A DNA stretch of 64,000 nucleotides from Thermodesulfobacteriota bacterium (GTDB lineage: Bacteria; Desulfobacterota_D; UBA1144; Nemesobacterales; UBA2774), in contig OY729416.1 of the NCBI GenBank assembly GCA_963422265.1, positions 1,568,001-1,632,000 on the forward strand, read 5' to 3'. How positions within the stretch are numbered: position 1 is the stretch's first letter; every line of letters starts with the position of its first letter. The position numbers and the translations under genes were made by a program. Below the pieces are notes generated by a model that worked only from the letters and a program-made list of their open reading frames with translations, did no database searches and had not been told where the DNA came from. Shown piece after piece: positions 51,268 to 61,510 of the stretch.

Positions 51268-53886
51268 CTAGTTGCACTTAGAATAGCCGCACCCTCTGCA
51301 CGTTACGCACCCCTGCTCAAATGCAAGCGCTCTGTCTCCGCAGTCAGGGCATCGTTCAAGGCGTAGATCATTGGTTTTAAGTTCTGAGTTTGCATCCAAT
51401 AGTGCTTCGTGTTTATCGGCGTCCGTCTGCCGTGTCCTGAGCCTGTTGAAGGGTGGATCAACGGTCCCGGTTGGGGGAATATTCGTCTTAGAGACAAATC
51501 GCTTCTTTAGAACAGTCGCGATCGCGTCTGGTATGGACATAACCAGCTTGCCTTCAGAGAATATGGGCGAGGCGCCGCCTATACCCTCAAGTTGTTCTAC
51601 TACGTCCTTTACGTTCACCCCTGACCGTAGAGCGAGTGATACGAGCCTCCCGGTAGCCTCCGCGTCCGCCATGGTGGAATAGCCAGACTTGCCAATTTGA
51701 ACAAAGACCTCAAAGGGCCTCCCCTTGTAAGTATTAATAGTAACGTATAAATTCCCATACCCCGTTTTTATAACCTCGGTAAAGCCCTCGAGCACCTGTG
51801 GTCTCTTTATCGGTCTTACCCAAGTTCTCGGCTCCGACTGGGCCACACTCTTTCCCTCGTTCTGGTTATTACTTATAACCTCTTCTTTTATGTTTGGGGT
51901 CGTGCTCGCCTCCCCTGATTCATCATTAGGGGAAGACGGGGGAGTTTTAGCGTTGGACTGATCCTCAGTAATTAAAATGCCTTTTCTTGAACCTTCTCTG
52001 TAAACGGTAATCCCCTTGCATCCTAACTTCCAAGCAAGGAAATAAATTTTCTCAACGTTTTCAAGGGTTATATCGCTGGGCAGATTCACGGTGCTTGAAA
52101 TGCAGGAATCTATATGCTTCTGAATCGCAGCCTGCATACGCACCCTCATCTCAGGCTCTATTTCATGGGCGGTAACAAACGTATCCGGTAATTGTTTTTC
52201 ATCAGTCAAATTGAATTTATCCATATATTCCATGACTAGGGGATGATAAACCTTGAATTCTTCCTTGGACAGCGATTCAGAACGCCTGAAATAAGACAGG
52301 GCGAACGTCGGCTCAATACCACTTGTGGTTCCAGCTAGGACGGAGCCACTTCCCACGGGTGGCACGGTAAGAATGCAGGCGTTTCTTATTCCCCGCTTCT
52401 TTATTTTATTAACAACCTGCTCGTCAATCGTCTCAAGAAACGGGAGTGATATGTGAGTATCTAGATCAAATGCCGGGAAGCTCCCCTTTTCAGAGGCAAG
52501 GTCAGCGCTTGCCTCATAGACAATGTTTTTAATGCGCCCAAATATCTTATCCGTAAACTGGATTGCTTCCTGAGTATCGTATTGGGTGCCGAGTTTTGCT
52601 AGCATGTCTCCGAAGCCTGTAAAACCAACGCCTATGCGCCTTGAGGTGGTAGAGGCTTCTGTCTGGAAGTTAAGAGGATGCTTCTCCATGTTATAGTCAA
52701 GAACGTTATCCAGAAATCTAACGGCGTATTGGAAGGCTTTTTCAAGATTGTCCCAGTCAATTGAGGCGGTATCGGTAAACGCATCCTTTACGAAAGGGGA
52801 AAAATTTATGTTGCCTAGGCAGCAATTACCGTAATCTTCAAGCGCCTGCTCACTACAGGGATTAACACCGCGCACCGACATACCGCCATACTCAGTCGGG
52901 GAGTGTTTTTTGACTGAGTCCCAGAAAATAAGCCCTGGCTCAGCAGACTGCCAAGCGGACTTTACAAGTTTATTCCAAATGTCCCTAGCCCTGACTGTCC
53001 TAGAAAACTTGACCTTTTCGTTTTCAAACTTTAGTTCAAAATCAGTGTCTTGCTCTACAGCTTGCATAAAATCGTCAGAGATTTTAATTGAAATGTTCGC
53101 AAACTGCACTTTCGATCTCGCAGCGTCGTTCTTTATGTCTATAAATTCCTGAACGTCAGGATGATTGACGTTCATAGTAATCATAAGGGCTCCGCGCCTT
53201 CCAGCCTGCCCAATCGTCCCCGTCGTCGTTGACAATAAATCCATAAAAGAGACGGCGCCGGTAGAATATACAGCCGAGTTGTTTACCGGAGACCCTTTGG
53301 GTCGCAAGATAGATATATCCGTTCCAACTCCTCCACCAAAGGAATACGTTCTGGCTGCCTCTTTGCACCATTCAAAGATTCCTTCTATAGAGTCCTCCTT
53401 AATGGGCATATAGTAGCAGTTCAGTAGCGTGGCTCTTCTATTCTGCCCAGCTCCGAATAGAATCCTACCGCCAGGGATGAACTTGAATTCCGATAAGAGC
53501 CAATAGAAATTGTTAGCCCACTCATCCCTTAGTCCTGCTGTCTTTTCTGGAGACGCAATTTCTCTGGAAACCCTACGCCACATGTCTTCGGGTGTCCGTT
53601 CTACAATCTCCCCAGATTTATCACGAAGAGCGTATTTTTCAAAGAAGACTCTTGCCCGAAGCTCATCTCCGCCAAATGCCTCAATAGTTTCAGAGGGAAT
53701 ACTTACTACTCCCTCAGGTTGCTTAACCACATCTGCTTCCCGCTCTGAATTCCCGCTGATTGATTGAGATAAAACCTCTTCAAACTCAGTCTCTATGTGG
53801 TCCTTATGCGCTTCTATTAAACCCATTCCATTTCTGCTACTACCGTTTCCATTAGCGTAAGCCGAACCAAACTTCTCTGAAGCCAT
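51268..53886 (-). CDS. nrdJ: Adenosylcobalamin-dependent (class II) ribonucleotide reductase with C-terminal TSCPD/Zn-ribbon domain
   Basis: PGGRIL, NPCSEQ, PVGSGS, GIEP, KGITVYREGSR, C..C...C..CGYSKC; no nrdB nearby. Confidence 0.92.
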   Translation of the reverse strand: MASEKFGSAYANGNGSSRNGMGLIEAHKDHIETEFEEVLSQSISGNSEREADVVKQPEGVVSIPSETIEAFGGDELRARVFFEKYALRDKSGEIVERTPEDMWRRVSREIASPEKTAGLRDEWANNFYWLLSEFKFIPGGRILFGAGQNRRATLLNCYYMPIKEDSIEGIFEWCKEAARTYSFGGGVGTDISILRPKGSPVNNSAVYSTGAVSFMDLLSTTTGTIGQAGRRGALMITMNVNHPDVQEFIDIKNDAARSKVQFANISIKISDDFMQAVEQDTDFELKFENEKVKFSRTVRARDIWNKLVKSAWQSAEPGLIFWDSVKKHSPTEYGGMSVRGVNPCSEQALEDYGNCCLGNINFSPFVKDAFTDTASIDWDNLEKAFQYAVRFLDNVLDYNMEKHPLNFQTEASTTSRRIGVGFTGFGDMLAKLGTQYDTQEAIQFTDKIFGRIKNIVYEASADLASEKGSFPAFDLDTHISLPFLETIDEQVVNKIKKRGIRNACILTVPPVGSGSVLAGTTSGIEPTFALSYFRRSESLSKEEFKVYHPLVMEYMDKFNLTDEKQLPDTFVTAHEIEPEMRVRMQAAIQKHIDSCISSTVNLPSDITLENVEKIYFLAWKLGCKGITVYREGSRKGILITEDQSNAKTPPSSPNDESGEASTTPNIKEEVISNNQNEGKSVAQSEPRTWVRPIKRPQVLEGFTEVIKTGYGNLYVTINTYKGRPFEVFVQIGKSGYSTMADAEATGRLVSLALRSGVNVKDVVEQLEGIGGASPIFSEGKLVMSIPDAIATVLKKRFVSKTNIPPTGTVDPPFNRLRTRQTDADKHEALLDANSELKTNDLRLERCPDCGDRALAFEQGCVTCRGCGYSKCN

Positions 53887-54018
53887 AAGAGCCGTCCTCC
53901 ATTATTGACTTATTACTTACTATTTGTTGTGTTGCTACTTATTGTGTTGCTACGTGTGTTATCGCAACCTAGCCGCGTACTCAGCCCAGCCGTTCGATCA
54001 ATGATAAGCGTCAAGTCA

Positions 54019-54065
54019 TGACGATATATCGTGCCACCGTCAAATTTCAACACAATATGTTGTGG
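54019..54065. promoter_or_regulatory. Tandem NrdR boxes upstream of nrdJ
   Basis: TGACGATATATCGTGC (54019-54034) and ACACAATATGTTGTGG (54050-54065), 31 bp apart; match acaCwAtATaTwGtg. Confidence 0.8.
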
Positions 54066-54272
54066 TTGTCAAGATTTTTGAGAAATTTATCAGCGAGAAG
54101 AAAGCTCGGTGAAATCAACAGATTATGGGGAAAAGAATTTTCCTCTAGGCAAAAATTGAGGAGGGGGCTGCTAATGCGGGATAAGAATCTACTGCGCGTT
54201 ATATCTCTAATGAAAGCAAGCCAATCGAGTTAAAGCTTGATCATGTTTTACATACATTGATATAGCGCCCCT

Positions 54273-54689
54273 TTATTCAACCATTTCCCTTTTCAGATTC
54301 TCCTGTATTTTACTAAGAATTTCTCTTGATAGGGGTTCATCACCGAGTACGCCAACGCGTATTTTTATCTCTGTTAGATTATCAGCGATCCTACTAAGTT
54401 CTATATAGAACCGTTTGCCTCCTGCGGTCTGACAGTTAAGCCTTGTGAAGACGGGTCCTTTCTCTTTATTTATGATTAGAAACCCAGCCTCATCCATAGC
54501 TCCCAAAGCAGCTTCCCAAGTCTTGTCAATAGAATATCTTTCTACCGCTTGCAACCCACCCTTAGTAAAAGCAATCGTCCCTGCACCCGCCGCCGCTCCG
54601 ACAATAGCCGCCGCGCACCCGCTCAGAATTAGGGGTGACGTTAGGCAGAACGCTAAAAAGATGACGATTTCTCGCGCTTTTACTATCAT
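54273..54689 (-). CDS. Lipoprotein, DUF3568-like
   Basis: Lipobox LSGC, GAAAGAG, TEIKIRVGVLGDE. Confidence 0.75.
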   Translation of the reverse strand: MIVKAREIVIFLAFCLTSPLILSGCAAAIVGAAAGAGTIAFTKGGLQAVERYSIDKTWEAALGAMDEAGFLIINKEKGPVFTRLNCQTAGGKRFYIELSRIADNLTEIKIRVGVLGDEPLSREILSKIQENLKREMVE

Positions 54690-54939
54690 AACAACCTCCG
54701 TCTTCCGTATCCTTAGACCTTAGTTGGAACCAAGTATATATGATAAAGATTGATAATGGTAGTAAAGTTGCGTCAATCGGGAAGGAGGGGAAAGCTGGAT
54801 ATAACGTTTATATTAATAGCTTTGACAATACGTAGTTTTGTAAGTTTACAAAATGAAACTTTTAGTTACAATAAAATGCTTCTAAGCTAGGATGAATAGC
54901 TAGATATTGGGAGCTGCACTAATCGCGGCTGTGCTAGTA

Positions 54940-54966
54940 TACCATGCTAGTACCATGCTAGTACCA
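54940..54966 (+). repeat. 11-bp tandem repeat x2.5 just before the symporter RBS
   Basis: TACCATGCTAG TACCATGCTAG TACCA. Confidence 0.9.
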
Positions 54967-54977
54967 AAGGGGAATAC

Positions 54978-56204
54978 GTGAATAAATTTCTTAAAGAGCA
55001 TTTTCTAGTAGTGGGGATCATCATCGGGGTTATTCTCGGCGGATTAGTCGGTTCGTTCTATCCCAAACTAGGAGTAAGCATCGGATTCCTAGGCACCCTG
55101 TTCCTAAACGCCCTAAAAATGATAGTTCTCCCCCTTATTGTGGTCTCAATTACGCTCAGCATTATGAAGGTAGGAAACCTGGGATCGCTAGGTGTTAAGA
55201 CCCTTCTTTACTATACCGCAACTACTGGCATAGCCGTCTTCATCGGTCTTGTTGTTGTTAATTTAGTTCATCCCGGGGACGGAAGCATGGTTCTTACGGG
55301 GCAGATGCCAGACATTGTTAGCAGCAAGGAAAACGTGAGCTTGGTAGAGGTGCTGGTCTTAAAATTCATCTCTCCCAATTTGTTTAACTCTGCAGAGGAG
55401 TTTGAAATACTACCTCTCATCTTTGCATCCATACTGTTTGGAGCAGCTTTTGCCACATTAGGTAAGCAAAGTGACGTTATAGTGGAAATCTTCACGGTGC
55501 TTGACAAAGCAATAATGAAAACCGTGCATTGGATTATGGTTTTTACTCCGATCGGTATTTTCAGTCTTATAGCGGAACGGATCGGCATTGCCGGCGGTGG
55601 TAGCGCTGTCATGGACATCGTTATGGACATCGCCAAATATGTACTTAGCGTTGTGCTTGCTCTGTTTATTCATGGATTTCTCGTATTGCCTGTCATATTA
55701 CTACTTTTAGCAAAGAGGAATCCAATTAACTACGTTTCCAATCTGGGAAAAGCCTTGCTTACGGCCTTTTCCACCGCTTCCTCGTCCGCCACGCTTCCCC
55801 TTACTATGGAGGGAGTGATAGACGAGGCGAAAGTATCTCCTAAAGTGGGGAGATTCGTCTTGCCCCTAGGTGCTACCGTAAACATGGATGGCACTGCCCT
55901 TTACGAGGCTGTAGCCGTAATGTTTATAGCTCAGAGCTACGGCATTGATCTCACGACGGCTCAAATGGTAATTGTGTTCTTCACGGCGACTCTCGCTGCA
56001 ATCGGGGCGGCAGGCATACCCGAAGCTGGTCTTGTTACTATGGTGCTCGTTCTTCAGGCGGTAGGTCTCCCACTAGAAGGGGTAGGAATCATTCTAGCTA
56101 TAGACTGGCTACTAGACCGATTTAGGACAACCATAAATGTCTGGGGAGATTGCGTAGGAGCCGCCTCAATCGACCGTCTTGAAGGTGTTCGTGCTGACTC
56201 TTGA
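54978..56204 (+). CDS. Dicarboxylate/amino acid:cation (DAACS) symporter
   Basis: TASSSATLP, GATVNMDGTALYE, GAAGIP, DRFRT. Confidence 0.95.
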   Translation: MNKFLKEHFLVVGIIIGVILGGLVGSFYPKLGVSIGFLGTLFLNALKMIVLPLIVVSITLSIMKVGNLGSLGVKTLLYYTATTGIAVFIGLVVVNLVHPGDGSMVLTGQMPDIVSSKENVSLVEVLVLKFISPNLFNSAEEFEILPLIFASILFGAAFATLGKQSDVIVEIFTVLDKAIMKTVHWIMVFTPIGIFSLIAERIGIAGGGSAVMDIVMDIAKYVLSVVLALFIHGFLVLPVILLLLAKRNPINYVSNLGKALLTAFSTASSSATLPLTMEGVIDEAKVSPKVGRFVLPLGATVNMDGTALYEAVAVMFIAQSYGIDLTTAQMVIVFFTATLAAIGAAGIPEAGLVTMVLVLQAVGLPLEGVGIILAIDWLLDRFRTTINVWGDCVGAASIDRLEGVRADS

Positions 56205-56281
56205 ACCCGTGCTGAATAGATTGTAAAAGCGCAAGACTGAATAACAACGTAATTTGGAACGCGCCATGGAGGCGTGGGATA

Positions 56282-57109
56282 ATGGAAAAGTGTAAGACGT
56301 TTACGCATGTGGCGATGCTAATTTTTGGGATTTCTTTATTGGCGTTAAGCTGTAAAAAGGAAAATGCCCAGGTAAAGGACAAAAGCGAAGAAGAAAGGGT
56401 GAATATAGAGATTGAAGAGAGGTCTCCAGCATTTCCAGAAGCTAAAGCAAGATTCCTAAACGTTCAAGACGGTGATACGATTCAAGATGATAACATATCT
56501 ATCGTGGTAAAAGTGGACAACTTCGAGCTTGGCATACAGACCGACACGGAAAGGGCTAAAGACGTCTCAAACTCGGCTAAAGGACAGCATGTGCACGTTA
56601 TACTGGATAACAAGCCGTATTTGGCTAACTATAAAGCGGGGATGCCTTTTGAGTTAGGGGTTTTGGATCAGGGACCTCACACGCTTGTCGCTTTTCCTAG
56701 TCGTTCCTACCACGAGAGCGTTAAATCGTCGGAAGCTGCTCAGGTAGTCAATTTTTACGTGAGGAAAGAAAAAGGACAGTTCCTACTGGACGCTACCAAA
56801 CCGACTATCATTTATAGCAGGCCTAAAGGCAAATACGAGGGTAAGGACGCTCGAAAAATTATGTTAGACTTCTATCTAAATAACGTTGAACTCAGCCAAG
56901 ATGGATATAAGGCTAAGTACACAATTGAGAGGAAGGACTCTGGTCAAGAGGTCGGGGTGATTACAATGGCTGAGTGGAAACCTGCCTTTGTGACCGGACT
57001 TGTGAGTGGAGAATACGTCGTAACCCTTCAGTTACTAGATAAAGATGGCAATATAGTAGAGGGTACTTTTAACAATACTGAAAGGGTAATAACCGTTGTT
57101 ACGCAATAG
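56282..57109 (+). CDS. Hypothetical lipoprotein
   Basis: Lipobox ALSC; His motifs GQHVHVILDN and HTLVAFPSRSYHES. Confidence 0.75.
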   Translation: MEKCKTFTHVAMLIFGISLLALSCKKENAQVKDKSEEERVNIEIEERSPAFPEAKARFLNVQDGDTIQDDNISIVVKVDNFELGIQTDTERAKDVSNSAKGQHVHVILDNKPYLANYKAGMPFELGVLDQGPHTLVAFPSRSYHESVKSSEAAQVVNFYVRKEKGQFLLDATKPTIIYSRPKGKYEGKDARKIMLDFYLNNVELSQDGYKAKYTIERKDSGQEVGVITMAEWKPAFVTGLVSGEYVVTLQLLDKDGNIVEGTFNNTERVITVVTQ

Positions 57110-57192
57110 TATAAAGGTGGGGTTCGGGTTTACAAATTTTTTTCTTATGTAATAATAATTGACTATTTTGGGATTTGCGTAGGGAGGTAATC

Positions 57193-57432
57193 ATGTCTCG
57201 GAAATGTATGGCAACTGGGAAAAAGCCGCTTGTTGGAAATCACGTCTCACACGCGAATAATAAGGTAAAGCGCCGCCAAAACCCCAACCTTCACTGGAAA
57301 CGGATTTATGTGCCGGAGCTTGACCGCACAGTTAGGTTGAGAATTTCCATGAGAGCTTACAGAACGATCAACAAAAAGGGACTTCTAGCTTTTCTAAAGG
57401 ACAATGGACTTACTATAAAGGACGTGACGTAG
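57193..57432 (+). CDS. rpmB: 50S ribosomal protein L28
   Basis: MSRKC..TGK...GNHVSHANNK.KRR..PNL; GGAGG SD. Confidence 0.96.
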   Translation: MSRKCMATGKKPLVGNHVSHANNKVKRRQNPNLHWKRIYVPELDRTVRLRISMRAYRTINKKGLLAFLKDNGLTIKDVT

Positions 57433-57469
57433 ATCAAAAAGTTAAGCGATCGCACCGCTTCTTAATCAA

Positions 57470-58264
57470 TCAAATAAGCCATAGGACGAGGAAAAGTTTT
57501 GATAGGAAAAAGTCACCTATGATAATAAGGAGTAGGGCTATAACGACGGTCGCCGTCGTAGCTCTCCCAACGCCTCGCGTACCACCATCTGATTTCATTC
57601 CCATATAGCAACCCGTTATCGCAACAATTATCCCAAAGAAGAACGTTTTAGATATTCCGCTAACGAAATCTGCAATACTCACCCATTTCAATATACTTGA
57701 TAGAAACAGCTGTGGTTCTACGTTCAGGTCCACTCTAGCCATAATCATAGACCCACAAATTCCGGCGAAATCGGCGATTATTGTAAGGAAAGGAAAAGAG
57801 ATTATGCAGGCGAGAAGCCTCGGTGCCACTAATTTTCTAATGGGATCAACGCCCATAGTTCTTATAGCATCTATTTGCTCCGTCACCTTCATTGAGCCTA
57901 TTTCAGCGGTTATCCCGGAGCCTACTCTACCGCCAACAAGTAATGAAGTAACAATGGGTCCAAGCTCCCTTAGAAAAGAAAGCGAGACGACCGGACCTAC
58001 TAAGCCCTTTGCCCCAAACCAGGCAAATCCCCAGGCGAGTTGCACTACCATGACCATGCCGATTGCCACTGCGGATACAATTACAATCGGGATTGACTTA
58101 AAGCCAATTTCCTCAATCTGTTCAATTACCAGCTTAAAATCAAATGGACGCGTAAACGTTGCGTAGATTGATCTGTATGAGAATATGCCAACTTCACCCA
58201 ACTGCTCTATAAGTGCGATGAAATAGGCTAGAAATCTGACAATATGGTTTCCGATCGTTCTCAT
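57470..58264 (-). CDS. mlaE: MlaE-family ABC permease
   Basis: RELGP, GRVGSGITAEIGSMKVTEQIDA, GVGRATT. Confidence 0.93.
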   Translation of the reverse strand: MRTIGNHIVRFLAYFIALIEQLGEVGIFSYRSIYATFTRPFDFKLVIEQIEEIGFKSIPIVIVSAVAIGMVMVVQLAWGFAWFGAKGLVGPVVSLSFLRELGPIVTSLLVGGRVGSGITAEIGSMKVTEQIDAIRTMGVDPIRKLVAPRLLACIISFPFLTIIADFAGICGSMIMARVDLNVEPQLFLSSILKWVSIADFVSGISKTFFFGIIVAITGCYMGMKSDGGTRGVGRATTATVVIALLLIIIGDFFLSKLFLVLWLI

Positions 58265-58812
58265 AGGACCCTAAACCGATGTATAAAATCGTCAAAACCC
58301 ATCTTGCCTCTGCTAAAACTCTCCGCAGACGAGGCGTAAGTAAGATCATATATACAGTTGCCCTTCTTAAATACTACTACCACAATTTTGATGGGAACCC
58401 CGCCAAATTCTCCATTATAAACCCTGTACATGGCAGGTTGGCTATCCACGGTCATGATCTTGGTAGCTTGGATTTCTTTATTTTGAATACCAATTAGAAG
58501 CGATTCGGAAAGAACCTCCAAGCTGTATTGGGACTTATTAGGACTGCACGTAGAATCTACGGTAATCGTAGCATTATAGAGTGCACTACGAAACGCCAGG
58601 TCTCCACCCTTGATGTTTACCCTTGTCCAGTCCCGGGGCAGACTCCCTATTTCATACGACGTATCATCTGATTGATACACCACGCCTTTTAGATCACCCT
58701 CTTTTAGATCGCCCGAAGAAGCATAATGTTTAACAAATTGCGCAACGGAGCAGGAATTCAGTATCAGTAGTGGGAAAACTATAATAGCTATGAAGAATAA
58801 GTGCTTACTCAT
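58261..58812 (-). CDS. Hypothetical lipoprotein
   Basis: Lipobox LNSC; overlaps the mlaE start. Confidence 0.7.
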   Translation of the reverse strand: MSKHLFFIAIIVFPLLILNSCSVAQFVKHYASSGDLKEGDLKGVVYQSDDTSYEIGSLPRDWTRVNIKGGDLAFRSALYNATITVDSTCSPNKSQYSLEVLSESLLIGIQNKEIQATKIMTVDSQPAMYRVYNGEFGGVPIKIVVVVFKKGNCIYDLTYASSAESFSRGKMGFDDFIHRFRVL

Positions 58813-58960
58813 AGGTGAGCATATCTAAAAAAGATAGTTGAAACATAATAAGCTGATGAATGATCTTTAAGCAATTGACTATAAATAATACTTGAATCTA
58901 TTAGGAAAATAAAGCATCCTAGATTGTGAATAACTCTTTATGCCCAAGAGGTAGAGTAAC

Positions 58961-59227
58961 TTGAACAAAATTGAGATATATGTAAGCAAAAACTGTCCTT
59001 ACTGCCATGCGGCAAAAGCGCTTCTCAATAGAAAGGGCGAGGATTTTACGGAAATAGACCTAACGACCAATCACGAGCTTAGACTCTCAATGGTAGAGAA
59101 ATATAATTGGAGAACAGTGCCTATAATTCTTATAAACGATGCGCTTATCGGCGGATATGACCAACTAGTGGAGCTAGAAAGAAAGGGGGAGCTTGATAAA
59201 CTGCTTTTGTCGGATCCGAGCAACTAG
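58961..59227 (+). CDS. grxC: Glutaredoxin (GrxC-like)
   Basis: CPYC, TVP, IGGYD. Confidence 0.9.
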   Translation: MNKIEIYVSKNCPYCHAAKALLNRKGEDFTEIDLTTNHELRLSMVEKYNWRTVPIILINDALIGGYDQLVELERKGELDKLLLSDPSN

Positions 59228-59340
59228 CTCTGGAATCTCCGCCTGCTCGCCCGACTTGCGGACGGATTACAAAACGGTAACGGGTCAATAAACAAAGATT
59301 CCACTAACGACAAACTTGAAACTAACCACTGACAACTACA

Positions 59341-60729
59341 ATGACTGTAAAAACCCGTTTCGCCCCTAGTCCTACAGGTTCGCTCCATATAGGAGGAGCA
59401 AGAACCGCTATATTCAACTGGTTATACGCAAGACGGAATAATGGCAAGTTCGTGCTGCGAATTGAAGACACCGACCGTTCGAGATTTACTAAGGAGTCAA
59501 TAGATGAAATAATCGGTGCTATGAGGTGGCTGGGGCTTGATTGGGACGAAGGTCCTGTAAGACAATCTAGCAGACTACGCGTTTATCAAGAGCTTGCCCG
59601 TGAGCTCTTGGAATCTGGAAAGGCTTATAAATGCTACGTAACCCCTGAAGAGCTTGAAGAGAGAAGGAAAGCATACCTAGAGAGGGGTGAAGTGCTCAGG
59701 TATAAGCGAGAGTGGGCAAATGAAAACGCCCACCCTGACAATTCATACTCAATTCGTCTGAAAACTCCAGATGATGGGATTATAGAGGTCAAGGATATTT
59801 TAAGAGGTGTCGTCCGCTTTAACGCCGACGAGATTGATGATTTCGTAATTTTAAGAAGGGATGGCTTTCCTACTTATAACTTCGCCGTAGTGGTTGATGA
59901 CGCAGACATGAAAATCACTCATGTGATTAGAGGCGATGATCATTTAATAAATACCCCACGGCAGGCTCTTCTTTTCGATGCTCTTTCTTACGACGTACCT
60001 AAAGTAGCACACGTATCCATGATTTTAGGCTCGGATGGAAAGAGGTTAAGCAAGAGGCACGGGGCTACATCGGTCTTAGCCTACAGGGATGCAGGCTACT
60101 TATCGGAGGCGCTTGTGAATTATCTGGTCAGACTGGGGTGGTCTCATGGCGATCAGGAAATATTTTCCAAAGAGGAATTGATTGACAAGTTCACTCTTGA
60201 TAGCTTGGGAAGATCTCCGGCAGTATCTAACCCTGAGAAGTTGAACTGGCTTAACGCATATTATATAAAGAAGAAACCTGCTAAACAACTCGCTGAATTG
60301 ATCTTGCCTATTATGCAAGAAAAAGGTTGCCCCGCTCAAGTTGATAACAAACTGGCAATGATCATAGAGCAGCTTAGAGAAAGATCTAAGACCCTTAACG
60401 ATTTTGTTGCGCAGTCTTCCTACTTCTACGCGGACGACATTGAATACGAACAAAAGGCAAAAGATAAATTTCTAAAAGAAGAGAATATTCCGCTGTTTAA
60501 TACCCTTATCGTGAAATTAACGTCTATTCAGAAATTTAATCACAGTTCAATTCATAAGGCGCTTGAAGAAGTAGTGAACGAGACGGGTCTTAAATTTGGC
60601 AAGATCGCTCAGCCAATGCGAGTAGCTTTGACGGGCGGGACAGTAAGCCCGGGAATTATTGAAGTTGCTGAAATTCTTGGAAGAAATAAGGTAATTACAA
60701 GATTAAACCGTGCAATTAGCAGTATTTGA
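59341..60729 (+). CDS. gltX: Glutamate-tRNA ligase
   Basis: RFAPSPTG.LHIGG, RIEDTD, LSKRHGA. Confidence 0.97.
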   Translation: MTVKTRFAPSPTGSLHIGGARTAIFNWLYARRNNGKFVLRIEDTDRSRFTKESIDEIIGAMRWLGLDWDEGPVRQSSRLRVYQELARELLESGKAYKCYVTPEELEERRKAYLERGEVLRYKREWANENAHPDNSYSIRLKTPDDGIIEVKDILRGVVRFNADEIDDFVILRRDGFPTYNFAVVVDDADMKITHVIRGDDHLINTPRQALLFDALSYDVPKVAHVSMILGSDGKRLSKRHGATSVLAYRDAGYLSEALVNYLVRLGWSHGDQEIFSKEELIDKFTLDSLGRSPAVSNPEKLNWLNAYYIKKKPAKQLAELILPIMQEKGCPAQVDNKLAMIIEQLRERSKTLNDFVAQSSYFYADDIEYEQKAKDKFLKEENIPLFNTLIVKLTSIQKFNHSSIHKALEEVVNETGLKFGKIAQPMRVALTGGTVSPGIIEVAEILGRNKVITRLNRAISSI

Positions 60730-60786
60730 AGTTAGTTGAAGCGATTTTCACACGTATAGGGAAAACAGGAGGGATATCACGACTTT

Positions 60787-61503
60787 ATGAAAGTATTCAT
60801 TATAGGTTTAGTATTAAGCTTGGGGTTAAGTAGTGTAGCTCTTGCCCACAGGAAACCAGATAATTTGGAGTACTCACTTCATAAGTATTACGAAAAAGTA
60901 ATGTTCCATAAATCATTTTTTGATAGGTTCGCTAAGGAATTATTTACAAAATTTCTATCTCGTGTAGGAATTTTATCATCTGCATTAGGTCGTGGCGACA
61001 GCGGTGGACTGACAACATTGGTATCTAGCTTAGGAACAGGGCTTGCAATGCATGGCATGGGTGGAAATTTTAACACGGGGGTCGCTATTGGGTTGAGACG
61101 CTCCGCTTCATATATACCCGCTGCGTTTCCGTATGATAATGGACATATCTACGCGTTTGGAAGGTGCTTTGTTGATGAGGCGCTGACTTATGCAGCTGAC
61201 GTAAGCTTTTGCGACCAATCTTTCATAAAGGTTCAGTATGATGATTATATAGATAGAGCAACTAGGAAAATGTCATTAGGAGGGAGAGATGGCAAATTCC
61301 AATCATTAAAAAGCACGGAATACGCTAAATGCAGAGATTGGGCTTTAGAATTACATAAGAGAAAATTAAACAAATGTAAAGAATATACAAGCCCCGATCA
61401 AATAGCTTACCTTAAGGCTATTAGCAATAGGATAAAAGATGAGCAGGCAAATCCCCATAGATACTGGGATAAGAGCGATGCTTACGAAACGCGGACGCAG
61501 TAA
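60787..61503 (+). CDS. Hypothetical secreted protein
   Basis: Strong SD, signal peptide (VALA|H), Gly-rich hydrophobic segment, four Cys. Confidence 0.65.
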   Translation: MKVFIIGLVLSLGLSSVALAHRKPDNLEYSLHKYYEKVMFHKSFFDRFAKELFTKFLSRVGILSSALGRGDSGGLTTLVSSLGTGLAMHGMGGNFNTGVAIGLRRSASYIPAAFPYDNGHIYAFGRCFVDEALTYAADVSFCDQSFIKVQYDDYIDRATRKMSLGGRDGKFQSLKSTEYAKCRDWALELHKRKLNKCKEYTSPDQIAYLKAISNRIKDEQANPHRYWDKSDAYETRTQ

Positions 61504-61510
61504 GAGGGCA

